From the NCBI GenBank assembly GCA_963837955.1, contig CAWIPH010000002.1:1376001-1440000 (forward strand): a DNA stretch of 64,000 bases, in the 5' to 3' direction. This document shows positions 1 to 9,815 of the stretch, one piece after another. A program made the translations under genes and the position numbers. How positions within the stretch are numbered: position 1 is the first letter of the stretch; each line of letters begins with the position of its first letter. The notes under the pieces are model-generated. The model was not told the DNA's origin. It saw only the letters and a list, made by a program, of their open reading frames with translations, and did not search any database. Origin of the DNA: an uncultured Verrucomicrobiae bacterium. Lineage in GTDB: Bacteria; Verrucomicrobiota; Verrucomicrobiia; Chthoniobacterales; JAFAMB01.

Positions 1-2
1 TT

Positions 3-3000
3 GGATTAAGCAGCGCGTTGGATCGCGCTAGCGCCGAACTCAAGCGCCAGGAAGAGCTGGACCTCCAAGCCCAAGAGCAGAGTTTTCGCTACCATGGCCG
101 GCTCGCCGATGCCGACGCAGCGGACGAGAAGATAGCGCAACTCCGCAAAGCAACCTTTCCGAGTCGCCTGGTTTTGGTCGTCGATCAGTTGGAAGAATTG
201 TTTACGCTCGAATCGATCACGCCCGAGGTCCGCACGAATTTCATCACGGCAATCGCGGCGCTGGCCAGAAGCGGCCGGGTTGCGGTGCTGGTAACGTTGC
301 GAAGCGATTTCTTTGAAAAATGCGCTGAGGTTCCCGTGCTCGCGGAGTTAAGCAAGGGAGATGGTCTGTACCACTTGCTTCCGCCCAACGCACTCGAGAT
401 CGGCCAGATGATCCGAGAACCGGCGATTGCGGCTGGTTTGCAGTTCGAGATTTTTCAGGAAACCAAACAATCTTTGGACGAACGCCTACGCGATGCTGCG
501 ACTCGCAACCCGGAGGCCCTACCGCTCTTGCAATTCTGCTTGGAAGCGCTGTACCAGGCTCAAGCGAAACGGGGAGACGGGCTGCTCACCCATGCCGATT
601 ACGATGCGATAGGTGGAGTGGAAGGAGCCCTGGCTAATCGGGCGGAGGAGACATTTCTTCGTTTGCAGCCCGCAGAACAAGCCGAGTTCAGCCGGGTGAT
701 GCGAGCGGTAACGACAGCAGATGATAACGAGACGTTCACCCGGCGCTGGGCCGATCGAGATGAACTTACCCGCGTGCCGGCAGCAAAAGCATTTGTCGAT
801 GCGTTTCTGGCTCCGGAAGCGCGATTGCTGGTCGTCGATCGAGATCTCCGTGGTCGGGTCGTTGTGAGTGTCACTCACGAGGCGTTACTGACCCGCTGGG
901 AACGCTTACATCAATGGTTGCTGACTAATCTGGAAAACTTGCGGATGCGCGCTCAGGTAAGCGCCGATGCCCTCCGCTGGCGTCAGAGTGGACGCAACAA
1001 CGACTATCTCTACGCCGGCGCTCTGCCGTTGGCGAAGGCCCACGACTTGGCGGAGCGCGATTTTCTGGACGATGCGGAGCGAGAATTTGTCGATGCTTCC
1101 GTGCGGGCGGCGCGTTCGGCCTCGGAGAAGAAGCGTCGCAACTTGCACCGGGTAATCGCTGGCGTGAGCGTAGTTGCCATCGTCGCGATCGTGCTCGCTA
1201 TCACGAGCTTCGTGCAATATTCGCGAGCCAGGGCGGCAAAGAGACAAGCAGGTCAAGCCGCTCAGCGGGCAAAGCTCGCACGCACCGAGGCCGAAAAATT
1301 AATCAACTTTCTGGTGGGCGATCTCCACGACAAACTGAAACCGATCGGCAGGCTGGATTTGTTGGCAGAGATTAGTAAACGCGTCCGGGCTTATTATGAG
1401 AACTTCGCGGAACGGGAAAAGAATCCCGAGGCGCTCAAACAATGGAGCACCGCGCTAATAAATCAGGGTGATGTATTAACTGATCAAGGCGACCTGGATG
1501 CCGCACTGAAATGTTATGAGGAGTCGCTCTCGACCAGACAAATTCTCTTAAAGCAGAGTTCGAACAGTACAGAATCGCGGCGAGATGTTGCTTCCGCACT
1601 GTTAAAAATTGCCGGGAATCGACATGCCCGCGGCGATTTTAGCGGCGCGCTGGCAATTTACGAACAGGCGTTAGCAATCCGAAGAGAGATCGTAGTGACC
1701 GAGCCGGGAAACCAAGAGTTTCAGCATGATCTTTCGGTTGCGCTGGAGTTCGTTGGGCGGGCGGCACACAATGCCGGCGATCAGACCAAGGCGCTTCGGA
1801 ACTTGCGAGACGCAATTGCGGTCGGTCGACAAATCGTGCGCGGAACCTCAGTACCAGCCGCTTGGCAGAGCGATTTATCTTACGCCCTGCTCCTCGCTGG
1901 CGACGTCTTCATGGAACAAAACGACTCGGCCGAAGCGCTACAAGAATATCAGGATTCACTAGTCATTCGAGAGCGGCTAGCAAGGGCGGAGCCAGACGAC
2001 TCAGATCGGCAAAGGGATTTAGCCTTGAGTCTGGAGGAGGTCGGATATGCATTGGCTGATCAGGGAGATGAAACGGCTGCTTTGGACAAACAGCGGTTAG
2101 CTCTCGCGATCCGAGAGAAACTGGTTGGCCGGGATCCGGAGAACACCGATTGGCGGCAACAATTATCGGTGAGTTACCGAAACATCGGGAGAATTCTCGC
2201 TGACCAGGGAGATCTTGAAGCCGCCCTGGTGAGCTATCAAAGTGGTTTGCGAATCCGAGAAAAATTGGCCGCAGACAACCCGTCGAATGACCTGGCCCAA
2301 CGCGATCTCGGTATCACCGAAGGGGATATTGGGGAGATCTTCCTGATGAAAGATGACCCGGTTGGCGCTCTTGAAAAATTTCACATGGCGGTAACCCGCC
2401 TTCGAGCGCTGGCAACCAAAAATCCAGAGAACCTCCTCTGGCAAAGCGATCTTGGTGAAGCACTCATGGAAGCTGGGGACGCGGAGACGAAAAATAGCGA
2501 ATTTGAGTCCGGGTTCGCCGAACTCGACGAAGCGCTTTCCATTTTCGGCCGGCTCAGCCAGCGAGATCCCAATAATCTGTTCTGGCAATATATGACTGCG
2601 CTCACCCAGGTGAATCTGGGAGTGCTTTGCGGGTCTCAGAAGAAGTGGGCCGACGCCCTCCACAGCGAAGAGATGGCCGCGGAAACACTTCACCGGCTTT
2701 TGCAACAGGTTCCATCTTCGGTTTCCTTTATCGAAGACTTGGCCAGATGTGATTATCGCATCGGCGAAGCAGCGGAAGGGAGTGGAGATGAAGAAAGAGC
2801 GACGGGCCGATTCAGGGAAGCGTACGATTTGTTAGAACCCCTGGTTAACAAAGAATCCGGGAGGCGAGAGTGGATAGTCCAGTTTGCTCGTGTCGCCTAT
2901 CATTTGGGTACTGCTCTGCACTCCCCTGGAGAAGGTCGAGCGATTCTCGAGAAAGGTCGCGATGCACTGCTACCGCTTGAACAAAAGAATCTTCTTAGTG

Positions 3001-3059
3001 CTGATGACAAGGCAACACTGACCGATATTCGAAACGTCCTTGACCGAAATAGAGACTGA
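3..3059 (+). CDS. nSTAND1-type NTPase (C-terminal part) + TM helix + TPR repeats; 5'-partial
   Basis: Walker B VLVVDQLEELFT, TLRSDF, LPLLQFCL, GGVEGAL and HEALL..W.RL..W motifs; TM VIAGVSVVAIVAIVLAITSFVQY; many TPR-like repeats. Frame is open to the window start and no Walker A is present. Confidence 0.85.
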   Translation, partial: GLSSALDRASAELKRQEELDLQAQEQSFRYHGRLADADAADEKIAQLRKATFPSRLVLVVDQLEELFTLESITPEVRTNFITAIAALARSGRVAVLVTLRSDFFEKCAEVPVLAELSKGDGLYHLLPPNALEIGQMIREPAIAAGLQFEIFQETKQSLDERLRDAATRNPEALPLLQFCLEALYQAQAKRGDGLLTHADYDAIGGVEGALANRAEETFLRLQPAEQAEFSRVMRAVTTADDNETFTRRWADRDELTRVPAAKAFVDAFLAPEARLLVVDRDLRGRVVVSVTHEALLTRWERLHQWLLTNLENLRMRAQVSADALRWRQSGRNNDYLYAGALPLAKAHDLAERDFLDDAEREFVDASVRAARSASEKKRRNLHRVIAGVSVVAIVAIVLAITSFVQYSRARAAKRQAGQAAQRAKLARTEAEKLINFLVGDLHDKLKPIGRLDLLAEISKRVRAYYENFAEREKNPEALKQWSTALINQGDVLTDQGDLDAALKCYEESLSTRQILLKQSSNSTESRRDVASALLKIAGNRHARGDFSGALAIYEQALAIRREIVVTEPGNQEFQHDLSVALEFVGRAAHNAGDQTKALRNLRDAIAVGRQIVRGTSVPAAWQSDLSYALLLAGDVFMEQNDSAEALQEYQDSLVIRERLARAEPDDSDRQRDLALSLEEVGYALADQGDETAALDKQRLALAIREKLVGRDPENTDWRQQLSVSYRNIGRILADQGDLEAALVSYQSGLRIREKLAADNPSNDLAQRDLGITEGDIGEIFLMKDDPVGALEKFHMAVTRLRALATKNPENLLWQSDLGEALMEAGDAETKNSEFESGFAELDEALSIFGRLSQRDPNNLFWQYMTALTQVNLGVLCGSQKKWADALHSEEMAAETLHRLLQQVPSSVSFIEDLARCDYRIGEAAEGSGDEERATGRFREAYDLLEPLVNKESGRREWIVQFARVAYHLGTALHSPGEGRAILEKGRDALLPLEQKNLLSADDKATLTDIRNVLDRNRD

Positions 3060-3142
3060 CAGGGCGGTCGAATTAAATCTCACGCGCCTTTGCCGCGCTC
3101 GGCCAATACCGCCGAGCGCTTGTGTCCCTAGCCCGTCTGCAT

Positions 3143-3337
3143 TTAGTGTACGGGTGGTTGGTGCTTACCTACTGAAGGCGGCAGGGCCATTTTTCCCTCG
3201 GGGGCGGGTGCAGGAGCAGGTTTTGCTTCGTTGCAACACCCGGCGAAGCCAAGCGTGAGGAAAGCCAAACTGAGTAGCGCGACTTTTCCTAAACCAGGTG
3301 TCGCTAATCCCGTTTTTCTACTTTCCTGATACATCAT
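3143..3337 (-). CDS. Small Pro-rich lipoprotein (64 aa), copy 1
   Basis: MMYQESRKTG...LSLAFLTLGFAGC lipobox, then CNEAKPAPAPAP; paralog at 3864-4043. Alternative start at 3355. Confidence 0.75.
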   Translation of the reverse strand: MMYQESRKTGLATPGLGKVALLSLAFLTLGFAGCCNEAKPAPAPAPEGKMALPPSVGKHQPPVH

Positions 3338-3454
3338 CGTTTTCTGGTTGTTCATGGTTACACATCTGTCGCGATAGACGAGAGCGTAGGGAGACTCCGT
3401 TGGTTTGATCAAGGATCTTTTTTTGCTGTGCTCTATTCTAACCAGGCCAGAGCC

Positions 3455-3634
3455 TCACTGCTTTGGACTTGCACTATTAACTGGAGGATGATGGTTCGCT
3501 GGCTTTTTGGGAGGGGTTTTTTGCTTTTTCGGAGTGTGCTTCGCACTGGCTGACGGTGACGGACTCGGGTTGGCCGCTTGAATCACAGCGGTGCCGCCGA
3601 AGATAACAACCAACGTCAGAATCAACTTTTTCAT
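3455..3634 (-). CDS. Small secreted Pro/Lys/Ser-rich peptide (59 aa), copy 1
   Basis: Manual translation MKKLILTLVVIFGGTAVIQA-ANPSPSPSASAKHTPKKQKTPPKKPANHHPPVNSASPKQ; Sec-type signal; below the ORF-track cutoff. Confidence 0.7.
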   Translation of the reverse strand: MKKLILTLVVIFGGTAVIQAANPSPSPSASAKHTPKKQKTPPKKPANHHPPVNSASPKQ

Positions 3635-3863
3635 GGGTAGAAGTCCGCGAGGCTAATAAAGTCGTGCCGGAAAGGCAATACCCAGTCGGGGGGCGCTGGC
3701 GCTCAAGAGGACACCGCCAGAAACCACTACATTTCAGCTCAGCGCCTTCGAATATTCGCTAGAAACACAAAAGGCGCGTCGACTTCAATTCACGCGCCTT
3801 TTGCCGCGCTCGGGCGAAAGACCGAGCGCTCCTTAGGTGTTTCCTAGCCCTCTTGAATTGGAA

Positions 3864-4043
3864 TTAGTGGTGGTGGTGTGGCTCTACGGGCTGTTTGCCT
3901 TCCACCGGCGCCGGTGCTGGGGTCGGTTTTGCCTCGTTGCAACAACCTGCGAGACCAAGGGTGACCAAAGCCGAGCAGACTAGCGCGACTTTTCCTAAAT
4001 CAATTGCCGTTAATCCTGTTTTTCTACTTTCCTGATTCATCAT
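3864..4043 (-). CDS. Small Pro-rich lipoprotein (59 aa), copy 2
   Basis: Manual translation MMNQESRKTGLTAIDLGKVALVCSALVTLGLAGC-CNEAKPTPAPAPVEGKQPVEPHHHH; LAGC lipobox. Confidence 0.75.
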   Translation of the reverse strand: MMNQESRKTGLTAIDLGKVALVCSALVTLGLAGCCNEAKPTPAPAPVEGKQPVEPHHHH

Positions 4044-4167
4044 CTTTTTCTTCGTTTTTCGTTGTTACTTGTTAGTGACCTACTTGTTGCCATCGACGAG
4101 AGGGGGGAGACTCTATCGGTTTGATCGGGGGCCTTTTTGCTGCGTTCTCTTCTAGCCAGGCAAGGCC

Positions 4168-4376
4168 TCAAGGCGTTGGAGTTGGGCTTGCTTTGCCACC
4201 AACTGGAGGATGCCCGCTTGCCATCGCTTTGGGCATACCCTTTTTCGGCTCGTCCTCTTTCGGTCTACTCCTTGGAGTGGCCGACGCGGCGGCAGATGGC
4301 GATGGGCTAGGATGGTTGCCTGGATGACAGCACTAAAGCCGAAGACAGGAACCAATAGAATAATGATCTCTTTCAT
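4168..4376 (-). pseudogene. Frameshifted copy 2 of the secreted Pro-rich peptide
   Basis: Signal MKEIIILLVPVFGFSAVIQ, then similarity to copy 1 continues in another frame (NHPSPSPSAAA...HPPVGGKASPTPTP*). Length 209 bp, one base short of a full frame; could be a sequencing error. Confidence 0.65.
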
Positions 4377-4629
4377 GGCGTAGGCTGCTCGCGAGGCTAA
4401 TAAAGTCTCGCAGGAAAGGCAATACCTACTCGCGAGGCGTTTTTTCGGCCGCAAAAAGGGGTTTAACGGACAGCCGCGGTCCCGCAATTCGTGCGATACG
4501 AAGCCCCTGGTGACGGCTCCCCGGAGAAACGCGATCTGTTTGATTCTATGATTGGACACGACCGGGGCTATTGGGTTCTATTCCTGCAGGTTTAGCGAAA
4601 CCTGATTTCCATCGTTCCGTCAGACACGT

Positions 4630-6003
4630 ATGGTTCCGCGCTTTCAAGTTCTGATTCCGATCCTTTGCCTGATTGCGTTCGTTAGCCAGGCCAGAGGAGA
4701 AAACGCGGCGAGCATTCCGCTGAATCATTTCATTTATATCATTCAGGAAAATCGAACATTCGATAACTATTTCGGCAGTTATCCTGGAGCAAACGGGATT
4801 CCGGCCGGAACCAAATTAGCTTATCGACCCGGTGGAACCCCTGAAGTCGCGCCATTTCATCTGCACAGTTTAACCATTCCGCACGATTTGAATCACAGCT
4901 GGCAGGCGGCCCGGACTGCTTGGAACAATGGAAAGATGAATGGATTCCTGTGGGCGGAGTGGCCGGCAGCCCTACGCCTCTATTGGGATTCCAAGGAAGT
5001 ACCGAAGCCTGACGTTTCTGTAGTGCATCCGGTAAGTGATGCTGCGGGCGATCAGGGCGTAGAAAAGAGTAGCGAAGCGGAACGAGGCGGACGCTTCGGC
5101 GGAAGAAAGAGGTTTGGCCAACCCAGAGCAGACTCACCCCCTGCTTGGGTGTTGAACACGCTTTCCTACTACGATTGGCACGAAATTCCCAATTATTGGG
5201 AGTATGCCCGGCGATTCACTTTGTCCGACGCATTTTTCTCTTCCCTGATGGGGCCAAGCGAACCCAACCATCTTTATACCGTAGCAGCCCAGTCCGGTGG
5301 CCTGGTTAACAACCCTGGACCTTCCATCGCCCATCAGCCTGGAGTCTACAGTTTCCCGACTTTCGCGGAGTTGCTGCAAGCTTCGCATATCTCCTGGAAA
5401 TATTACGACGAAAAACCAAACCCACGTGCCCATAGCCTATGGAACCCGCTACCTGGCTTTAGACAGTTCCAACAACGTCCAGAGTTGATGCAACGCTTGG
5501 TCTCGAGCCAAGAGTTTGTCGGCGATCTTCAGGCCGGGAAGCTGCCCCAGGTGAGCTGGGTTGTTCCAATCGCGCCGGACAGCGAGCATCCACCCGCTGA
5601 CGTCCAGCGTGGAATGTGGCACGTGACGGAACTAATTAACGCCGTCATGCAGAGCAAATACTGGAACGACAGTGTGATTATTGTCACCTGGGACGACTAC
5701 GGCGGTTTCTATGACCATGTGGCGCCTCCTAGTCTGGACAAGTACGGCTTCGGGCCACGCGTTCCGGCGCTGGTGATTTCGCCATACGCGCGGTCAGGTT
5801 ATATCTGTCATACCCAATTCGATTTCACCTCACCATTAAAGCTGATCGAGAAGCGATTTGGATTGAAAGCGCTGTCGGCGCGAGACGCCGCCTCACCCGA
5901 CATGACAGATTGCTTTGATTTTCAACAGAAGCCTTTGCCGCCCGACATTATCAACCGCGAAACCAAGCTAGATTTTAGCGCGGTCAAAACCACCTTGCCC
6001 TAG
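4630..6003 (+). CDS. Secreted phosphoesterase (phospholipase C/acid phosphatase family)
   Basis: Signal peptide; [34 protein letters not shown] and GPRVP motifs. Confidence 0.92.
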   Translation: MVPRFQVLIPILCLIAFVSQARGENAASIPLNHFIYIIQENRTFDNYFGSYPGANGIPAGTKLAYRPGGTPEVAPFHLHSLTIPHDLNHSWQAARTAWNNGKMNGFLWAEWPAALRLYWDSKEVPKPDVSVVHPVSDAAGDQGVEKSSEAERGGRFGGRKRFGQPRADSPPAWVLNTLSYYDWHEIPNYWEYARRFTLSDAFFSSLMGPSEPNHLYTVAAQSGGLVNNPGPSIAHQPGVYSFPTFAELLQASHISWKYYDEKPNPRAHSLWNPLPGFRQFQQRPELMQRLVSSQEFVGDLQAGKLPQVSWVVPIAPDSEHPPADVQRGMWHVTELINAVMQSKYWNDSVIIVTWDDYGGFYDHVAPPSLDKYGFGPRVPALVISPYARSGYICHTQFDFTSPLKLIEKRFGLKALSARDAASPDMTDCFDFQQKPLPPDIINRETKLDFSAVKTTLP

Positions 6004-6051
6004 GATGCTGTTGGAAAACTCACGCGGAGCGCTCGCCTCACCGGTTACGGG

Positions 6052-6128
6052 CGTTGTCCCAGCGTTGGTAGGGCGAAAATTTATTTGAGCCGGGAGCCCC
6101 TCACTCAAAGCGTTCGCCCTGGCGATCG
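6052..6128. repeat. GTAG-type REP-like element (GGTAGGGCGAA...TTCGCCCT)
   Basis: Closely similar to the copies at 38609-38782. Confidence 0.75.
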
Positions 6129-6193
6129 ATCAGCGCAGCAAGGTGTAACAGCAGCCTCCTAGTTCCTGCAGGCCGCACCATTACCCAAGAAAG

Positions 6194-6225
6194 AAAAAGA
6201 GCGTCCCCCGCGGGACGCTCTTTTT
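6194..6225. terminator. Bidirectional intrinsic terminator
   Basis: aaaaagagcgtccc-ccgc-gggacgctcttttt, a perfect stem with A/T tails between convergent genes. Confidence 0.85.
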
Positions 6226-6282
6226 GATAACTGCGCTATTTGCTAACGGCGTGGATCTTGATTTGGTCCGAGTACCTTCGCT

Positions 6283-9105
6283 TCAATTAGAGGCCAAGTG
6301 CTCTTTCTTCAACAGTAGCGAACGATTACGACGCAGGTCGACCCCGGTGCGGACGGTCGGGTACGGCTTATCACCGTGCAGGCCTTCCCAGATAATCCGG
6401 TTAAACTTGCCTGGATCGATATTGTCTTCGCGGGTGAAGTCGAACTGTTTCGTCTTATCTGCCCAGTAAGCAGCATCGTGCGTTGGTTTCGGAACGACTT
6501 TATTTTTCGCGAACCGATTCGGCAACGGTAACTTCGTGTTGTACAAGTAGGTCGACGGTACCGCATCGAACGTCCATTCCCGCTGGTTAAGGTCGAAGAC
6601 TTTCGTCATCGGTTTTTCCGAAGCGGTCAGTACGTCTACGTGATCGATGTTGAGTATGTCTTCAATCGTTCTGAGCATGTTGACAGTAGTGTACTTCTCC
6701 GAAATCACGACACCCTGCTTCAGGTAAGGTCCAACTACGTATCCGGTCGACCGGTGCGAATCAACGTGATCTGCGCCGTCTTGGGAGTCATCCTCCAGGA
6801 TGAAGATCAAGGTGTCCGACTTGTAGGGGCTCTTGGCTACTTTTTCGATCAGCTTGGCCACGGCGTAATCGTTATCGGCCTGTTGGAGCTCTGGAGTGTC
6901 GACCTCGTCAATCGCTGTGCCAAATGAACCCATATGATCGTGCATCAAGCGTACGATCGAGAGCGCCGGCAGATCACCTTTTTGGACATAACCGTCGAAT
7001 TCCCGTTCCCACTCTTTCTCCCGCCAGAAATCCGGGAGGGCATTGTCAAAAGCGCGGAAGTAGAGGTCGGTCGTGTTCAGCAAAGCAACCCGAGACGGAA
7101 AAGCGACTTGGACGTGAGCTTTATACGGATCTCGTAGAAGAGGCGTTGCTTGGCCATTCGGGAGAAAATAGGGCGTCAGATCGCAATGGTATCCGTAATT
7201 GCGAAAAGTTTTACCCGCCCGGGCGACGGCATCCCAGATATAGCCTTGCTGGACGTCATCATTGCCGGGGCCATCGACCGCTCCGACGTCGGCAGTACCA
7301 GGCAGAATATTAGGATCGCTTGGCGAGATCGGATCGGATTTCTGTCGCTCTTGAGGAGTGGCAAAGCCGACGTTAATGTCACGATTCTGGCCCTCAGAAT
7401 CGTAGGCAGCACCGCGACTAGAGTAGTTTTGAGGGATGCTGATCGTCGATAGATCGTTTTCGCGTCCGGCAAAACTCCAGATGTGACCGTCACCGCTCAC
7501 ATCACCCGTGTTATAGAAGTTGTCGAGGTCAACGAACTGCTTGACGAGCGCGTGGAAGTTCGGCGTGATCGCTTGTCCGAAGTCGACCAGGGTTGGATCT
7601 CCGTTGCCACGATCCAGATCTCCGAAGAGTTGGTCATAGGTGCGGTTTTCCTTAACTAGATAAATCACGTGCTTGATTCGACTTTGCAGCCCGGTAATCA
7701 CTTTCTCTTCGTCGGCGCTCAGTTTGGCTGTGAAATGGTTGTTTTTCGCAACCTGGGTCGTGAGGTTAGCGAGATCCTGTGCGCTCGGAACTGGGAAGCT
7801 CTGCAAATACGATTTTTGCAGTTCTTCAACGTACTGGTTGGGATCCTTTTGGTTGAAATAGGTCAACCCAGGGTTCGGGCCGGTTACGCCTTTGCCGTCA
7901 ACGACGTAAACATATTTACCATCAGTACTGAGAGTGACCGCGTTTGGTAGGAATCCCGCGGGAATCAAGCCAACCACCACTGGATGAAATGGAATTCCCT
8001 GTATGACCGAAACAGCGTTGGTTCCGCCGAGGGTGACATAAAGAGTGCTGCCATCAGGCGATAACGCTGCACTATTAGGCGCGCTGCCGCGATAGGTTAG
8101 GACTTTGTCGAATGCGAGTTCATCCGGGGCGCTGGCGATCACGCTCTGAAAAAGCGTATTGTCCTTTGTGCTGATAATATCAACCAGATCGCTATTATCT
8201 TCAGTGACGTAGAGGTAGCTCTGCGTTTGGTCGAGGATCGTCTTGAGTGGGTTGCCGGCAACCGCTACCCGCGTAACGATCTTCGGGGTTGTAACAGTCG
8301 CGAAGTCGACAACGACCACTTCGCGATCACGGGCGCTGGAGACATACGCGGTCTTGCTTCCTTTGACCGTAACCCAGAATGGGTATTCCCCTCCTGGCAC
8401 GCCCGATTCCGCTGGGTTAATTATGCCGGGACGGAGATCGAGCTCTTTCACGACGGAGCGACTTTGCACGTCGATAAAGGAGATCGATTCGTTATTATAG
8501 TTTGCGACCACTAACGTTTTTCCATCTTGGGTAATATCAAGGCCACCGGTGAGGCCTGGCAAATCGCCCGGGAAAAGCGCAACGGCTGAGCTATGGCCGA
8601 GCTTGATCGGAGTGCCCGATTCAGCCCACTGACCGTTTTGGATAGTAAACGAGTGGATGTCGTCGTCTCCACCGCCGCCAACATACAAGGTCTGTCCGGC
8701 CGGATCGAAAACGATGCCGACAAAAGCGTTCGGCAGCTGAATCACCTGCTTTTTGACAGGGACGCCATTGCTGATGTCGAAGACGAAGATGTATTCGTTG
8801 TTAAATGAGTTTCCGTGAGTGTCGGTCAAGTTGTTGTGGCCGCCAGTCAAAACGACCAAGGTCTTTCCGTCCGGACTTTTAACTGTGCTGAGAGCGCCCC
8901 CGGCGATAAAGTTCGGGAAGTTGGGGAGATCGGGATTTAAGGCTTCATAGGTCGAGTTGGGCGCAGCCGTCGGGGTAATGGTCAATCCTGAAGGCAGGAA
9001 GGTACCTTGATCGGCATTCGCCAGCGAGAGAGGCGCTAGCGAAGAAATAGCAACCGCGCTGGATAAAATCAGGCGGTGCAGAGGCTTTCTGTTTGGAGTG
9101 AACAT
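6283..9105 (-). CDS. Secreted YncE-like beta-propeller + phosphoesterase/alkaline phosphatase-family fusion
   Basis: Signal peptide; SPDGKTL-type propeller blades; KENRTYDQ, S.DGH.W, DNDYA and EDDSQDGADHVDSHRS motifs. Confidence 0.9.
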   Translation of the reverse strand: MFTPNRKPLHRLILSSAVAISSLAPLSLANADQGTFLPSGLTITPTAAPNSTYEALNPDLPNFPNFIAGGALSTVKSPDGKTLVVLTGGHNNLTDTHGNSFNNEYIFVFDISNGVPVKKQVIQLPNAFVGIVFDPAGQTLYVGGGGDDDIHSFTIQNGQWAESGTPIKLGHSSAVALFPGDLPGLTGGLDITQDGKTLVVANYNNESISFIDVQSRSVVKELDLRPGIINPAESGVPGGEYPFWVTVKGSKTAYVSSARDREVVVVDFATVTTPKIVTRVAVAGNPLKTILDQTQSYLYVTEDNSDLVDIISTKDNTLFQSVIASAPDELAFDKVLTYRGSAPNSAALSPDGSTLYVTLGGTNAVSVIQGIPFHPVVVGLIPAGFLPNAVTLSTDGKYVYVVDGKGVTGPNPGLTYFNQKDPNQYVEELQKSYLQSFPVPSAQDLANLTTQVAKNNHFTAKLSADEEKVITGLQSRIKHVIYLVKENRTYDQLFGDLDRGNGDPTLVDFGQAITPNFHALVKQFVDLDNFYNTGDVSGDGHIWSFAGRENDLSTISIPQNYSSRGAAYDSEGQNRDINVGFATPQERQKSDPISPSDPNILPGTADVGAVDGPGNDDVQQGYIWDAVARAGKTFRNYGYHCDLTPYFLPNGQATPLLRDPYKAHVQVAFPSRVALLNTTDLYFRAFDNALPDFWREKEWEREFDGYVQKGDLPALSIVRLMHDHMGSFGTAIDEVDTPELQQADNDYAVAKLIEKVAKSPYKSDTLIFILEDDSQDGADHVDSHRSTGYVVGPYLKQGVVISEKYTTVNMLRTIEDILNIDHVDVLTASEKPMTKVFDLNQREWTFDAVPSTYLYNTKLPLPNRFAKNKVVPKPTHDAAYWADKTKQFDFTREDNIDPGKFNRIIWEGLHGDKPYPTVRTGVDLRRNRSLLLKKEHLASN

Positions 9106-9499
9106 ATGAATTCTGTTGGTGCCGAACCGCGCCTCTTGAGCAGCTAATAACTCAAACGCTCAAACTAGAGCGATTGAGTAACTCAAAAGGCGGAGCGGCC
9201 TTACCTAAGCAAATCCATCGGATAGAAGAATTCCGGTCGGTTATTGTTAATTTTCGGTAACATTCGAACCTAACGATGGCGGAATTGTCATTTTCCGGTT
9301 CTGGCGAAAATTCAATAAAGAGAACGGTTTGTACTCAACAACAGTGAATGACTGCGTTAGGAACTCGCACTGATGCTGTCGGACTGCTCGTTGTCGGGTG
9401 AATTGAGCGACAGTTTTACTACCCCTGATTGTTAGGGCAGAACCCGACACCACCGACTTGTAACGCCGTAGGTCTGGCGGTGCGCACGTCAAGAGATCT

Positions 9500-9791
9500 G
9501 TCCCGTTAGGGACGCTGTGAAAGTAGCCCAGTACGAAGTGCTGGGTAGATGGCAAGAAAGCGGGTGCCGTCCCGGAGGGACGATCGAAAGGTTGTGGTAA
9601 TGGTTTGCAACGCGGCGTTACGCGTGCAGAGGGTGAATCGATCGTCCCTATCGGGACGGAGGCGTCTTAATGCTATTCCCAGCACTTCGTGCTGGGCTAC
9701 TATCACAGCGTCCCTAGCGGGACGGACGCGTTTCAAACACTATCCCAGCAATGGATTGCTGGGATACTATCACGATGTCCCTTTCGGGACG
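9500..9791. repeat. Cluster of REP-like hairpins (GTCCC-N3/4-GGGAC x5; CCCAG..CTGGG x3)
   Basis: Repeated palindromes read directly, e.g. gtcccgttagggac, gtcccggagggac, cccagcacttcgtgctggg. Confidence 0.8.
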
Positions 9792-9815
9792 GGACCCTCT
9801 TTGCCTCTATTCGCT

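Noticed and set aside
9245..9263. Pho-box-like repeat upstream of the phosphoesterase
   Set aside because: Only two degenerate half-sites; not distinguishable from chance.
9500..9791. Possible CRISPR array
   Set aside because: Repeats vary in sequence, orientation and spacing, and there are no cas genes; REP-like instead.
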